Numbered from the stretch's first letter, positions 16,898-26,111 are shown. The stretch: DNA of 64,000 nt from Candidatus Margulisiibacteriota bacterium (GCA_018822365.1 JAHJKL010000052.1:104-64103); one strand, 5' to 3'. The notes: generated from the sequence alone by a model not told the origin. Numbers and translations: made by a program.

Positions 16898-17641
16898 ATG
16901 ACTATCCAATTATCTCAAATAGACGGCGCAGAAACCGCGACGCTAAATACCCCCTCAACTAACCAGCCAAGCAGCGATAATACTTTTGAAGAAAAACTCA
17001 AGAAAGAAAAAGACCGGCTCGGGCTTCTCTATTCCCCATTTGCCCAGATCCCCAATATGTTCGGCTATCTGCCGGCCGGTGAAACAAATTTCATGGGAAA
17101 CGAACATCTTTTAGATCGTTCTTCCAGGACCGAGGAAACAGCTTCTTCTTATCGCTCAACTAACGGATCCTTTCAATCATCGCCAGCAAATCAACCTCTG
17201 AGGGGGGAATTTATCGACCCGACCCAAACTCCCCGCCAGCAAACAATCAATTCCCTGCAGGAGTTGCTGACAAAAACAGACTGGCTGGTCCCCAATCTTG
17301 AAGCCAGCCAGCAATTTTACCAGGCTTTTCTGGCGGGAAAGCTTCAGCCGAACTTTGACCTTCAATCGCTGGTCGACCAGATCGCCGACCAGCTTGCCGT
17401 TGTTAAAACCAAAGGGAAAACCGAACTGTCACTGACCCTCAAACCGCCTGAGCTGGGGAACATTCTTCTTACCCTCTCCTATCATCAAGGGGTGCTTTCG
17501 GTCCAGATCATGGCCCAGGCGGAAACCAAACGACTGATCGATGAAAGCCGGGACGACCTTGAAGCCGCCTTAAAAAAGGCGCACATCGAATTTGACCGGA
17601 TTGAAATCAAGGAGGTAGAACAACATGGGCGGAATGTTTGA
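16898..17641 (+). CDS. fliK: flagellar hook-length control protein FliK-like
   Basis: The C-terminal Flg_hook-type domain reads ELSLTLKPPELGNILLTLSYHQGVLSVQIMAQAETKRLI. I moved the start to the SD-preceded ATG (MTIQLSQ). Confidence 0.7.
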   Translation: MTIQLSQIDGAETATLNTPSTNQPSSDNTFEEKLKKEKDRLGLLYSPFAQIPNMFGYLPAGETNFMGNEHLLDRSSRTEETASSYRSTNGSFQSSPANQPLRGEFIDPTQTPRQQTINSLQELLTKTDWLVPNLEASQQFYQAFLAGKLQPNFDLQSLVDQIADQLAVVKTKGKTELSLTLKPPELGNILLTLSYHQGVLSVQIMAQAETKRLIDESRDDLEAALKKAHIEFDRIEIKEVEQHGRNV

Positions 17642-18434
17642 TATTATCACTTCTGCTAAGGGAGCGATCGGCTCCTATAATGAAGCGCTTAGGATCCACT
17701 CTCTCAACATCGCCAACATGCAGGTCCCGGGCTATAAAAATCTTACTACTTCATTCCAGTCTGTTTTTGAACAGGTGTTAAATCGCGGAACGGCGGCTGA
17801 TGGGGATACCGGCGGGACCAATCCAAAACAGCTTGGCCAGGGGGTCACGCTTAGCGGGATCACCGTTGATTTTTCCAAGGGAGAAATGACTGAAGGGACC
17901 AATATATCGCTCGGCATAGGAAGCAGCAACGGGATGTTCATTGTTTCTCCGGACGGCGGGAATCGAATGCTCTACACCCGGTCCGGCGACTTTAAGTTCG
18001 ACGACAATCGAAACCTTACCTCTAACGGTATGCAGGTTTACGGGCTTGATGCCAGCGGAAAAGTTGTCCCGATCTCCGGCCTCCCAAGCGGCAATGTTGA
18101 TGATTACGAGTGGAAAGAAGACGGCGTTCTATATTATCAGGGGGTTAGCACCGGCTACCAGATCGCCCTGACCTATTTCGCCAATCCCGGCGGATTGGCC
18201 CAGGCACAGGGGACCTCTTTTGAGCAGACCCTGGCCTCCGGTGATCCGGCCACCGCAACCGGTCCTGGCGGCGCGGTTGGCTCCGTTCTGCCAAAGCAAG
18301 TCGAGCAGTCAAACGTTTTTTATCTGGCTGAAACCATCGATACCCTGGAGATCCAGCGGGCAATGAGCGGCAACCTGAACATGGTCAAAATGGCCTCTGA
18401 CGTAATTAACAGTTTTATCCAGAAGTTAGGATAA
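17625..18434 (+). CDS. flagellar hook / distal-rod family protein (FlgE/FlgG-like, short at 269 aa)
   Basis: N-terminal rod motif SLNIANMQVPGYK and C-terminal VEQSNVFYLAETIDTLEIQRAMSGNLNMVKMASD are present. The SD AGGAGG lies upstream. Confidence 0.75.
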   Translation: MGGMFDIITSAKGAIGSYNEALRIHSLNIANMQVPGYKNLTTSFQSVFEQVLNRGTAADGDTGGTNPKQLGQGVTLSGITVDFSKGEMTEGTNISLGIGSSNGMFIVSPDGGNRMLYTRSGDFKFDDNRNLTSNGMQVYGLDASGKVVPISGLPSGNVDDYEWKEDGVLYYQGVSTGYQIALTYFANPGGLAQAQGTSFEQTLASGDPATATGPGGAVGSVLPKQVEQSNVFYLAETIDTLEIQRAMSGNLNMVKMASDVINSFIQKLG

Positions 18435-18441
18435 GGAGTAA

Positions 18442-19680
18442 ATGGCTGACAGAGCTAAGACCGAAATAAGTTCGCAAAAGATCTCGATCAAACTGCCGCC
18501 GGCGATCGGCGATTGGACGACGTACCGTCCGGCTAAAACCCTGGGTAAAAAAGTAAAATCCGGTCTGTTTGGCTTTGACCGGCTTGCCAAGCATGAATTA
18601 AATCTTTTTCTTAAGATCCATTACCATTTTATGGAAGCCATGTTCCTCAAGCTCCGCCGTGAATTGGGGATCGGGATCGAATTCTACTCCTGCTGGGCGG
18701 AGCAGACCACTTATTTGAACTTTTTACGCACCCTATCCGGCCATGTCGCCCAGCTGACGCTGAACATTCCGGGGATCCATGAAAATATCCAGGCAATTAT
18801 CGATCTGGGAGTGGCCAACTCGATCGTTAACCACTCAATGGGAAGCCGCGACCTTGAACCATTGGGGCGCGGATTGACCGAAGCGGAAGGCGAGGTCCTG
18901 AAGATCGCTCTGGCCAATTATCTGCCACTATTTGCCAGAGAGTTCGGCCAGGTGTTCAACACTCCCGAACTTTCCTTGTTAAGCTCACCGGACATTATCC
19001 TTGATCCGGCGGTAAATCCGACTTCAACATTCATCTCCTTCTCGGCCGATGTTTCTTTTAATGATAATCCGACCGGCCGGATAGTTTTTGGCTACCAGGC
19101 CGCGACCGCCAAGACCCTGATCAAGCTTTTTGAAAGCCGTGAATTCCAAAAAGAGCTGAATATCGACCGGCTTCCAAACGCGATTTTGCGAAAGATCAGT
19201 ATCCCGATCTCGGCAACACTGGGAGAAACAACTCTCTCCCCCACCGATCTTGATTCACTGGAACCTGGAGATGTTATTGCTCTAGACACCAGCATCAAAT
19301 CAGCGATCATCGTAAAACTGGGCCAGCATCTACGCCTGCTTGCCCAGGCCGGCAATTTGAAGGCTAAAAAAGCGATCCGCCTGGTCGGTTTTGAAGAAGA
19401 CGAGGTTGTGATCATGCCTCCATTGGCTATAGACAGCGAGGAAGAGCAAGAACCGGCCAATGAAGTTGAAACTATGGAGCGGCCGGAAGAAACAGCGCAA
19501 ACCGAAGAAACAACCCCGGTCGAACATTATGCGGAAGAGCCGGTCCAGGAAACGATTGGCACAGAAGATGAATTCAGTCTGACCGATGAAGACCTGAAAG
19601 ACTCGTTTGCCGAAGATGAACTTGAAGAAACCGGTAGTCAAGGCAGCGAATTTGATGATAATATAAACAGGGGGGAATGA
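18442..19680 (+). CDS. fliM: flagellar motor switch protein FliM-like with an acidic C-terminal extension
   Basis: FGFDRLAKHELNLFLKIHYHFMEAM matches the FliM core, and LSPTDLDSLEPGDVIALD the SpoA/FliN-like domain. The last ~85 aa are rich in E, D and T. Confidence 0.75.
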   Translation: MADRAKTEISSQKISIKLPPAIGDWTTYRPAKTLGKKVKSGLFGFDRLAKHELNLFLKIHYHFMEAMFLKLRRELGIGIEFYSCWAEQTTYLNFLRTLSGHVAQLTLNIPGIHENIQAIIDLGVANSIVNHSMGSRDLEPLGRGLTEAEGEVLKIALANYLPLFAREFGQVFNTPELSLLSSPDIILDPAVNPTSTFISFSADVSFNDNPTGRIVFGYQAATAKTLIKLFESREFQKELNIDRLPNAILRKISIPISATLGETTLSPTDLDSLEPGDVIALDTSIKSAIIVKLGQHLRLLAQAGNLKAKKAIRLVGFEEDEVVIMPPLAIDSEEEQEPANEVETMERPEETAQTEETTPVEHYAEEPVQETIGTEDEFSLTDEDLKDSFAEDELEETGSQGSEFDDNINRGE

Positions 19681-19681
19681 A

Positions 19682-19969
19682 ATGGACTTAAAGAACGTTA
19701 AATTCCAGGAACTGGCCGAGAACAAGGGGGAACGCTTTGAATCACGGGTCATGGGCGATATCCCGATCGGCGTTACTGTTGAACTTGGCAACGCGGAACT
19801 TTCCCTTAAAGAGATCTTAGAACTTTCGGAAGGGTCGATCATTGAGCTCAACCGCCTGGCAGGCGAGCCCCTCGACCTCAAGGTTGGCGGCCAGCTGGTC
19901 GCCCAGGGAGAAGTGGTCGCCGTTGACGATTGCTACGGCTTGAGGATCACCAACGTGGTGATGAAATGA
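19682..19969 (+). CDS. fliN: flagellar motor switch protein FliN
   Basis: VELGNAELSLKEILELSEGSIIELNRLAGEPLDLKVGGQLVAQGEVV is a FliN signature. Confidence 0.9.
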   Translation: MDLKNVKFQELAENKGERFESRVMGDIPIGVTVELGNAELSLKEILELSEGSIIELNRLAGEPLDLKVGGQLVAQGEVVAVDDCYGLRITNVVMK

Positions 19970-20262
19970 CCGCGGAACCGCTGGTCATGCATAGTTCGCC
20001 GATCATCACTATTGGCTACGTCATCCAGGTATTTTTATCGCTGGGAATTGTTCTTGCCATAATTTTTGTCGCCGCCCGGTTTGTCCTTCCCCGCTTTAAA
20101 ATAAGCGCCCCCGGAAAGATGATCCAGGTCCTGGATCGGATCGTTTTGGAGCCGCAAGTCTCCGCCTATGTTCTGAAAGCCGGAAAAAGATCGTGGCTGG
20201 TGGTCATTAGCAATAAACAGATCGCCAAGATCGACGAGGTTGAAGGAGCACCAGCGACTTAA
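19966..20262 (+). CDS. fliO: flagellar biosynthesis protein FliO-like
   Basis: A single TM helix is followed by VLDRIVLEPQVSAYVLKAGKRSWLVVIS. The position between fliN and fliP fits. Its ATG overlaps the fliN stop (ATGA). Confidence 0.65.
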   Translation: MTAEPLVMHSSPIITIGYVIQVFLSLGIVLAIIFVAARFVLPRFKISAPGKMIQVLDRIVLEPQVSAYVLKAGKRSWLVVISNKQIAKIDEVEGAPAT

Positions 20263-21009
20263 ATGAAACTATCCTGGCGTTTTGGTTCCTTGCTGCCGCT
20301 GGTCTTTATTCTGGCCCTACCCGCCCTCGCGCAGGCCAGGCCAGCCGTTAACCTTGATCTCCGGCAGATCATGGCGGCGCCTCAGTTCAGCAACAGCATT
20401 CAAATGATCATTGCCCTATCGCTCATCTCGCTGGTCCCTTTTTTCCTGATCTCGGTCACCGCTTTCCTGCGGATAATCATTGTCTTCTCCCTGCTTCGGA
20501 CCGCGATAGGCACCCAGCAGGTCCCTCCCAATACGGTCGTTATTTCCCTGGCCCTTTTTATGACCGTTTTTGTAATGTCCCCAGTCTGGCAGGAGGTCAA
20601 TACCAAAGCCTTTACCCCTTATAATGAGGGAAAGATCTCTATGGAAAAAGCGGTCGATCTTGGCATGAAGCCGATCAATCAATTTATGCTCCGTCAAACC
20701 AGGGAAAAAGACCTGGCCCTATTTGTACAATTCGCCAAGATCCCGATCCCCAAGACCCCGGACCAGATCCCCAGTTATGTTCTAATACCCGCTTTTATGA
20801 TCTCGGAACTAAAGACCGCTTTTCAGATCGGTTTTCTGCTCTTTATCCCTTTTATTATCATTGATCTGGTTGTCTCCAACATCCTGCTTTCGCTTGGTAT
20901 GTTCATGCTCTCTCCGGTCATGATCTCCCTCCCTTTCAAGATCTTATTGTTCGTCCTGGTCGACGGGTGGGGCTTGATCGTCCGCGGGTTGTTGCTGAGC
21001 TTTAGGTAG
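20263..21009 (+). CDS. fliP: flagellar export apparatus protein FliP
   Basis: FLRIIIVFSLLRTAIGTQQVPPN is a FliP signature. Confidence 0.93.
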   Translation: MKLSWRFGSLLPLVFILALPALAQARPAVNLDLRQIMAAPQFSNSIQMIIALSLISLVPFFLISVTAFLRIIIVFSLLRTAIGTQQVPPNTVVISLALFMTVFVMSPVWQEVNTKAFTPYNEGKISMEKAVDLGMKPINQFMLRQTREKDLALFVQFAKIPIPKTPDQIPSYVLIPAFMISELKTAFQIGFLLFIPFIIIDLVVSNILLSLGMFMLSPVMISLPFKILLFVLVDGWGLIVRGLLLSFR

Positions 21010-21011
21010 CC

Positions 21012-21281
21012 ATGAATCAAGATCTGGTCACTCAAATCTTATATCAGGGGGTCATTGTTTGCCTGCTGGTCTCGCTGCCGGCGATCGGAGTAGGTCTGCT
21101 GGTCGGCTTTACGATCAGTCTTTTCCAGGCGGTGACCCAGATCCAGGAACAAACCTTGACCTTTGTCCCAAAAGTCATCGCGGTCCTTTTAATGATCGTC
21201 TTTACCTCCCCCTGGATAGTCTCAATGTTGACCGATTTTACGATCACCCTTTGGAGCTCTATCCCTAACATGGTCCAATGA
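21012..21281 (+). CDS. fliQ: flagellar export apparatus protein FliQ
   Basis: An 89-aa protein with two TM helices; SLFQAVTQIQEQTLTFVPK is a FliQ signature. Confidence 0.9.
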   Translation: MNQDLVTQILYQGVIVCLLVSLPAIGVGLLVGFTISLFQAVTQIQEQTLTFVPKVIAVLLMIVFTSPWIVSMLTDFTITLWSSIPNMVQ

Positions 21282-22051
21282 TCATTCCTCTCGACGTAAT
21301 CATGGTCTTTTTTCTGGTCATGGCCAGGATCACCGGTATCTTTATCCAGGCCCCGGTCTTAAGCGCCAGGAGCTTTCCAGCCTTTGGCAAGACCGCGCTG
21401 GTCATCTGGGCCTCGTTTGTATTGCTTTACGTTATCCCGCTTAACCAGTCGCTCCCGACTTCGCTCCTGGGTTTTATTTTGGCCCTGATCCTGGAGATCG
21501 GCATTGGTTACACCATTGGATTTATTTGTAATATTCTTTTCCTGGCGATCCAGGCGGCCGGCGAGTTAATGGACACCCAAATGGGACTTTCGGTCGCGTC
21601 GGCTCTTGACCCTGTTTTTGGCGCCCAGATCTCGGTTATCGGCCGCACGACCTTTATGCTCGCTTTGACCGTTTTTTTGATCTTTGACGGCCACCATATG
21701 ATCTTGTCGGCCTTAAATCAAAGTTTTACGGTCATTCCAGCCGGTAAAGTCCCTAATTTTGCCAGTCCTGACCTGATGATGCAAATGATCTCTCTGGGGA
21801 GCGCCTTGTGGCTCTCGGCGGTCAAGCTGGCCTCGCCGATCATCCTAATGATCTTTCTGACCGATTTTGCTTTTGGGATCGTTTCCCGGGTCGCCCCGCA
21901 AGTCAACGTTTTCCAGCTTGGTTTCCAGCTCAAACCGGTCGTTGGCCTTTTTGGCATTTCCCTCGTCGCCCCCTTCCTGGTAAGATATATCTCAAAGCTT
22001 ATCGAAGTCATTGGCTTTGAACTGATCAAATTCCTGCAATTTATAAAGTGA
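21278..22051 (+). CDS. fliR: flagellar export apparatus protein FliR
   Basis: A polytopic membrane protein with AGELMDTQMGLSVASALDP, in the expected position. Confidence 0.88.
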   Translation: MIIPLDVIMVFFLVMARITGIFIQAPVLSARSFPAFGKTALVIWASFVLLYVIPLNQSLPTSLLGFILALILEIGIGYTIGFICNILFLAIQAAGELMDTQMGLSVASALDPVFGAQISVIGRTTFMLALTVFLIFDGHHMILSALNQSFTVIPAGKVPNFASPDLMMQMISLGSALWLSAVKLASPIILMIFLTDFAFGIVSRVAPQVNVFQLGFQLKPVVGLFGISLVAPFLVRYISKLIEVIGFELIKFLQFIK

Positions 22052-22058
22052 GGCAATT

Positions 22059-23159
22059 ATGGGTGAAGGCGGAGATAAAACAGAAGAACCAACTCCTCAT
22101 CGCCTTAGAGAGGCGAGGGAAAAGGGGCAGGTCGCGAAAAGCCGGGAAGTAACTACCGCCGTTCTGTTGCTTCTTTCATACTATGTCCTGCGCTGGCTGG
22201 GAGAATTCATGTTTAAGAACCTGGCCGAAGTCACCCAGGCAATCCTGCAACTGATCCCCGAAGCCAAAGAATTCAATATGGGTTTTGCCGGATATGTGCT
22301 GCTGCTCGGTTTACGAGCGGTCCTTTTTGTACTTGGCCCCATCTTTGGTATAACTTTTATCGGTTCTTTCCTGGCGGAGGCGGCCCAGACCGGCTTTGTC
22401 TTTTCCGGTGAAGCGTTGACCCCAAAACTGGAAAAATTAAACCCGCTTGAAGGGTTCAAGAAAATGTTCGGCATGCAGGGGATCGTCGAACTGATAAAAT
22501 CGATCTTAAAGATCGTCGTCGTTTTTTATATCGCCTGGTCAGCCATGAAGGACGATTTCCCTTATATTATAGTCCTGATGGAAACCCATCCCTGGCAGGC
22601 GCTGACCCTTGGAGGGACCATCGCTTACCGGATAGCGATCCGCGTCGGGATGTTCTACATTATCATCGCTTTATTTGATTATTTTTACCGCCGCTGGGAA
22701 TATATGCGCAATTTAAAGATGACCAAGCAGGAGATCAAAGAAGAATATAAGCGCCTGGAGGGAGATCCCCAGGTCAAGCAGAGGATCCGCGATCTCCAGC
22801 GGCAGGCGGCCCACCAGCGGATGATGGGCTCGGTCCCTCAGGCCGATGTGGTAGTCACCAACCCGACCCATATCGCGGTCGCGCTCAAATATGATACCGC
22901 CAGGATGAAAGCACCGGTCGTCCTGGCCAAAGGAGAAAGAAAGAACGCCGAAGCGATCCGTAATCTGGCCGAAGCGCACGAGATCACGATAGTTGAGAAC
23001 GTCGAATTAGCCAGGTCTCTGTATAAAACGGTCAAGGTCAACCAAGAGGTCCCGGCCGACCTATACCAGGCGGTCGCCGAGGTCTTAGCATACGTCTACA
23101 AGATCAGAAAAGAGAGGAAAGAACGACGGAAGGCTTCTCTTGCCCTCTCTCCCCGATAG
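22059..23159 (+). CDS. flhB: flagellar export switch protein FlhB
   Basis: KTEEPTPHRLREAREKGQVAKSREV and the autocleavage site NPTH are present. Confidence 0.93.
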   Translation: MGEGGDKTEEPTPHRLREAREKGQVAKSREVTTAVLLLLSYYVLRWLGEFMFKNLAEVTQAILQLIPEAKEFNMGFAGYVLLLGLRAVLFVLGPIFGITFIGSFLAEAAQTGFVFSGEALTPKLEKLNPLEGFKKMFGMQGIVELIKSILKIVVVFYIAWSAMKDDFPYIIVLMETHPWQALTLGGTIAYRIAIRVGMFYIIIALFDYFYRRWEYMRNLKMTKQEIKEEYKRLEGDPQVKQRIRDLQRQAAHQRMMGSVPQADVVVTNPTHIAVALKYDTARMKAPVVLAKGERKNAEAIRNLAEAHEITIVENVELARSLYKTVKVNQEVPADLYQAVAEVLAYVYKIRKERKERRKASLALSPR

Positions 23160-23179
23160 GTATATAATCAAGCAGAATT

Positions 23180-25264
23180 ATGGCAGCGCCAGGCATTGGA
23201 ATAAAAGATCTTCGAAGCCTCTTTTCAATAAACGATTTCCTCTTGGCGGGATCAATTGTCATAACCCTGGCTTTGATGCTCCTCCCCCTGCCGACCTTTG
23301 TGGTCGATATGTTGTTCACTTTTAGCATTGCCATGGCCCTAACCTTGCTGCTTGTCGCCATGTACCTGAAAGAACCGCTTGAATTGGCCTCGTTCCCTTC
23401 GCTTCTGCTGATCATTACCGTTTTTCGCCTGGGGTTAAACATTGCCGCGACCAGGCTGATCCTGACCCAGGCTTACGCCGGCCAGGTGGTACAAGCCTTC
23501 GGCAATTTTGTCGTCGGCGGCAATTATATCGTCGGGGTAATCATCTTTGGGATCATTACCATTGTTCAGTTCGTGGTCATTACCAAAGGGTCTGAAAGAG
23601 TCGCTGAAGTCGCCGCCCGTTTTACCCTTGATGCCATGCCCGGCAAACAAATGTCGATCGACGCCGACCTTAACGCCGGCCTGATCGACGCGACCGAGGC
23701 ACGCAACCGCCGCCGTAAGATCGAACGCGAAGCGACCTTCTTTGGCAGCATGGATGGTTCCAACAAATTTGTTCGCGGCGATTCGATCGCCGGCATTATT
23801 ATTGTTCTGGTCAATATTTTAGGGGGGGTACTGGTTGGCTGGCTTACGCTGGGTATGGCCCCTATGGACGCTTTGTCGACTTACGCACTGCTTACTATCG
23901 GCGCCGGTCTGGTCATCCAGGTCAGCGCCTTGCTGATCTCAATCGCCACCGGCCTGATCATCACAAAATCGGCCTCTGAAACAAGCCTGGGGAATGACGT
24001 TTCAGCACAATTATTTGGCCAACCCCGCGCCCTGGCCTTTGTCACGATCATCCTCGGTTTATTTGCCATTATCCCGGGCATGCCGACCATTCCTTTCATG
24101 ACCATGGCGCTCGCTTCCGGTGTTTTTGCCCTGATCCTGATGCAAAAACAGAGCGCCAAAGACGAAGCTAAAGTCGTCACCGAAGAGGTCTCGGCCAAAG
24201 ATGTCCTAAAGAAGCCGGAAAGCATTCTGGGAACGCTCGGCCTTGATCCTCTGTCGCTCAAGACCGGCCGCAACCTGATCCCGCTGATCGATCCGACCCA
24301 ACGCGGACCCCTGCTGGAAAGGATCACCCTGATCCGCTACAACATTGGCCAGGAACTTGGGTTTGTTATTCCCGGAGTCAGGGTCATGGACGATCTTAGC
24401 CTTCCACCCAACCAATATGTCGTAGAGATCCGGGGGACCAAGGTTTCGATGGGCGAAGCCTTTTTAGGCAATCATCGGGTCGATATGCCTCTCGCCCAGA
24501 TCAAAGCCAACAAACTGACCGGAACAGAGTCCCGCGATCCGCTCAACAACGACCTGGTAACCTGGGTGCCGGACGAAAATCTGCCAGAGATCCAAAAGAT
24601 CGGGCTGGTCGCCAAACCGCCGGTTGATGTGATCTCCGATCACTTTTCCGAGGTCATCAAGCGATATGCCGACGAGATCATGACCCGCCAGAACGTCCAG
24701 TCACTGATCGAACTTGTAAAAAACACCAATGCCGCCATCGTTCGCGAACTTATCCCTGATCTGCTTTCCTTAGGTCAGGTCCACAAGGTCTTGCAGCTCC
24801 TGGTCAGGGAACGGGTCTCGATCCGCGACCTGTCAACGATCCTGGAACGGCTGGCCGACTACGCCCACCTTTCCCGGGACATCAACATCCTGACCGAATA
24901 TGTCCGGCAATCGCTCGCGCGGCAGATCTGTGAAGCTTATACCGATAAAGACAATATCATTACCGTAGTCACGATCGATCCAGGTCTGGAAGAAACGCTG
25001 GTTGGGGCCATCCACCAGTCGGAATACGGCTCCTTCCTGGCGGTCGATCCAAACGTCGGCGAAAAGATCCTGGTCCAGATCTCCGGGCATATCAACAACT
25101 TCAAGCGACTCAAACTAAAACCGGTCATTCTTTGTTCGCCCCGGTTGCGCCCTCACTTCAAACGCTTTATCGAAAGAAGCTTTCCGGACATCGCGGTCCT
25201 CTCTTATAACGAGATCGTCCCGCAGGTCAAGGTCCAGTCGATCGGAATGATCTCGGTCGAATGA
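23180..25264 (+). CDS. flhA: flagellar export gate protein FlhA
   Basis: A 694-aa protein with FPSLLLIITVFRLGLNIAATRLIL and PGKQMSIDADLNAG. Confidence 0.95.
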   Translation: MAAPGIGIKDLRSLFSINDFLLAGSIVITLALMLLPLPTFVVDMLFTFSIAMALTLLLVAMYLKEPLELASFPSLLLIITVFRLGLNIAATRLILTQAYAGQVVQAFGNFVVGGNYIVGVIIFGIITIVQFVVITKGSERVAEVAARFTLDAMPGKQMSIDADLNAGLIDATEARNRRRKIEREATFFGSMDGSNKFVRGDSIAGIIIVLVNILGGVLVGWLTLGMAPMDALSTYALLTIGAGLVIQVSALLISIATGLIITKSASETSLGNDVSAQLFGQPRALAFVTIILGLFAIIPGMPTIPFMTMALASGVFALILMQKQSAKDEAKVVTEEVSAKDVLKKPESILGTLGLDPLSLKTGRNLIPLIDPTQRGPLLERITLIRYNIGQELGFVIPGVRVMDDLSLPPNQYVVEIRGTKVSMGEAFLGNHRVDMPLAQIKANKLTGTESRDPLNNDLVTWVPDENLPEIQKIGLVAKPPVDVISDHFSEVIKRYADEIMTRQNVQSLIELVKNTNAAIVRELIPDLLSLGQVHKVLQLLVRERVSIRDLSTILERLADYAHLSRDINILTEYVRQSLARQICEAYTDKDNIITVVTIDPGLEETLVGAIHQSEYGSFLAVDPNVGEKILVQISGHINNFKRLKLKPVILCSPRLRPHFKRFIERSFPDIAVLSYNEIVPQVKVQSIGMISVE

Positions 25265-25272
25265 CCCGATAG

Positions 25273-25301
25273 TTTACTTTTCCCCATTCATTTGCTAAAA
25301 T
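25273..25301 (+). promoter_or_regulatory. promoter TTTACT-17-(TGc)TAAAAT, ending 7 nt before the ATG at 25309
   Basis: The extended -10 TGCTAAAAT was read directly from the sequence. No SD is present. Confidence 0.55.
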
Positions 25302-25308
25302 AGACGAC

Positions 25309-25518
25309 ATGTCGATCAAAAGAGTCGAAGCCGGCAAAACAGGCAAAGCTGGCAGAGCTGCTCCCAGTACCCCGCCAGCTGGTTTGCCGCCAATTTTGCG
25401 AGCCTCCTGGGAATTCCTAAAAAACACCGCCAAGCGTTTTGCCAGGGAAGGACGGGAGGAAAAGTCGGCCGCCCGCGAAGAACAATATATCAAGGAAGTT
25501 GTCAAAAAATTCAGATGA
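25309..25518 (+). CDS. small basic protein (69 aa) translationally coupled to the sigma factor gene
   Basis: A promoter sits at leaderless distance upstream. Its stop overlaps the sigma gene ATG (ATGA). The N-terminus is Pro/Ala/Gly-rich and the C-terminal half looks helical. Confidence 0.55.
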   Translation: MSIKRVEAGKTGKAGRAAPSTPPAGLPPILRASWEFLKNTAKRFAREGREEKSAAREEQYIKEVVKKFR

Positions 25519-26111
25519 TCAGCAGAAATGAGATCGAAGATAGAATAATTGCCGTCCTTCGCGAACAATTCTTAAAACATAGCGATGAAACGCTGGAAAA
25601 GTACAGCGAAAAGATCAAGGTGCTGGTCCGCTGGTACGTCTCTACCCTCCCCAGGCATATCGCCAAAACAGAAGCCGACGACCTGGAACAGGAGGCAAAG
25701 ATCGCTTTTCTGGATTGCATCAAAACCTGGGACCCGCGCAAAGGGGAGCTCTGGACCTACGTTTCGGTCCGGCTGAAGGGGTCAATGCAGGACTATCTGC
25801 GCAAACGGGGGAATGACCCTGTTGTCGGGATGTACGAATTCATTACCTCGGCCGCCAATGTTTATCTGGCGTTCAACAGCAAGCATATTGCCCAGGATGA
25901 TGTTGATAAAGGGCTTCATTTTGATAATGCCATCAAAGACCTTTCTAACAAGGAAAAAGCGGTCATTGACAATTATTATCGCAAAGATATGACCTTCAAG
26001 GAGATCGGTAAAGAAATTGGCCTTTCCGAGTCGCAGGTCTCGCGGATCTGCAAGGATGCCACCATGAAATTGAAGGAAAACATGACCGACCCAGGCGAAG
26101 AACCCGCTTAA
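25515..26111 (+). CDS. fliA: sigma-70 family factor, FliA/sigma-28-like (short, 198 aa)
   Basis: Region 2 reads DLEQEAKIAFLDCIKTWDPRKGELWTYVSVRLKGSMQDYLRK and the region 4 HTH reads MTFKEIGKEIGLSESQVSRICKDA. It lies at the end of the flagellar cluster. Confidence 0.7.
   Translation: MISRNEIEDRIIAVLREQFLKHSDETLEKYSEKIKVLVRWYVSTLPRHIAKTEADDLEQEAKIAFLDCIKTWDPRKGELWTYVSVRLKGSMQDYLRKRGNDPVVGMYEFITSAANVYLAFNSKHIAQDDVDKGLHFDNAIKDLSNKEKAVIDNYYRKDMTFKEIGKEIGLSESQVSRICKDATMKLKENMTDPGEEPA

Noticed and set aside
25227-25568. Minus-strand 113-aa ORF opposite the 69-aa ORF and the fliA start
   Set aside because: It has no promoter or SD context. The plus-strand reading has a promoter at leaderless spacing and stop/start coupling to the sigma gene. 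My confidence in the 69-aa ORF itself is still only moderate.
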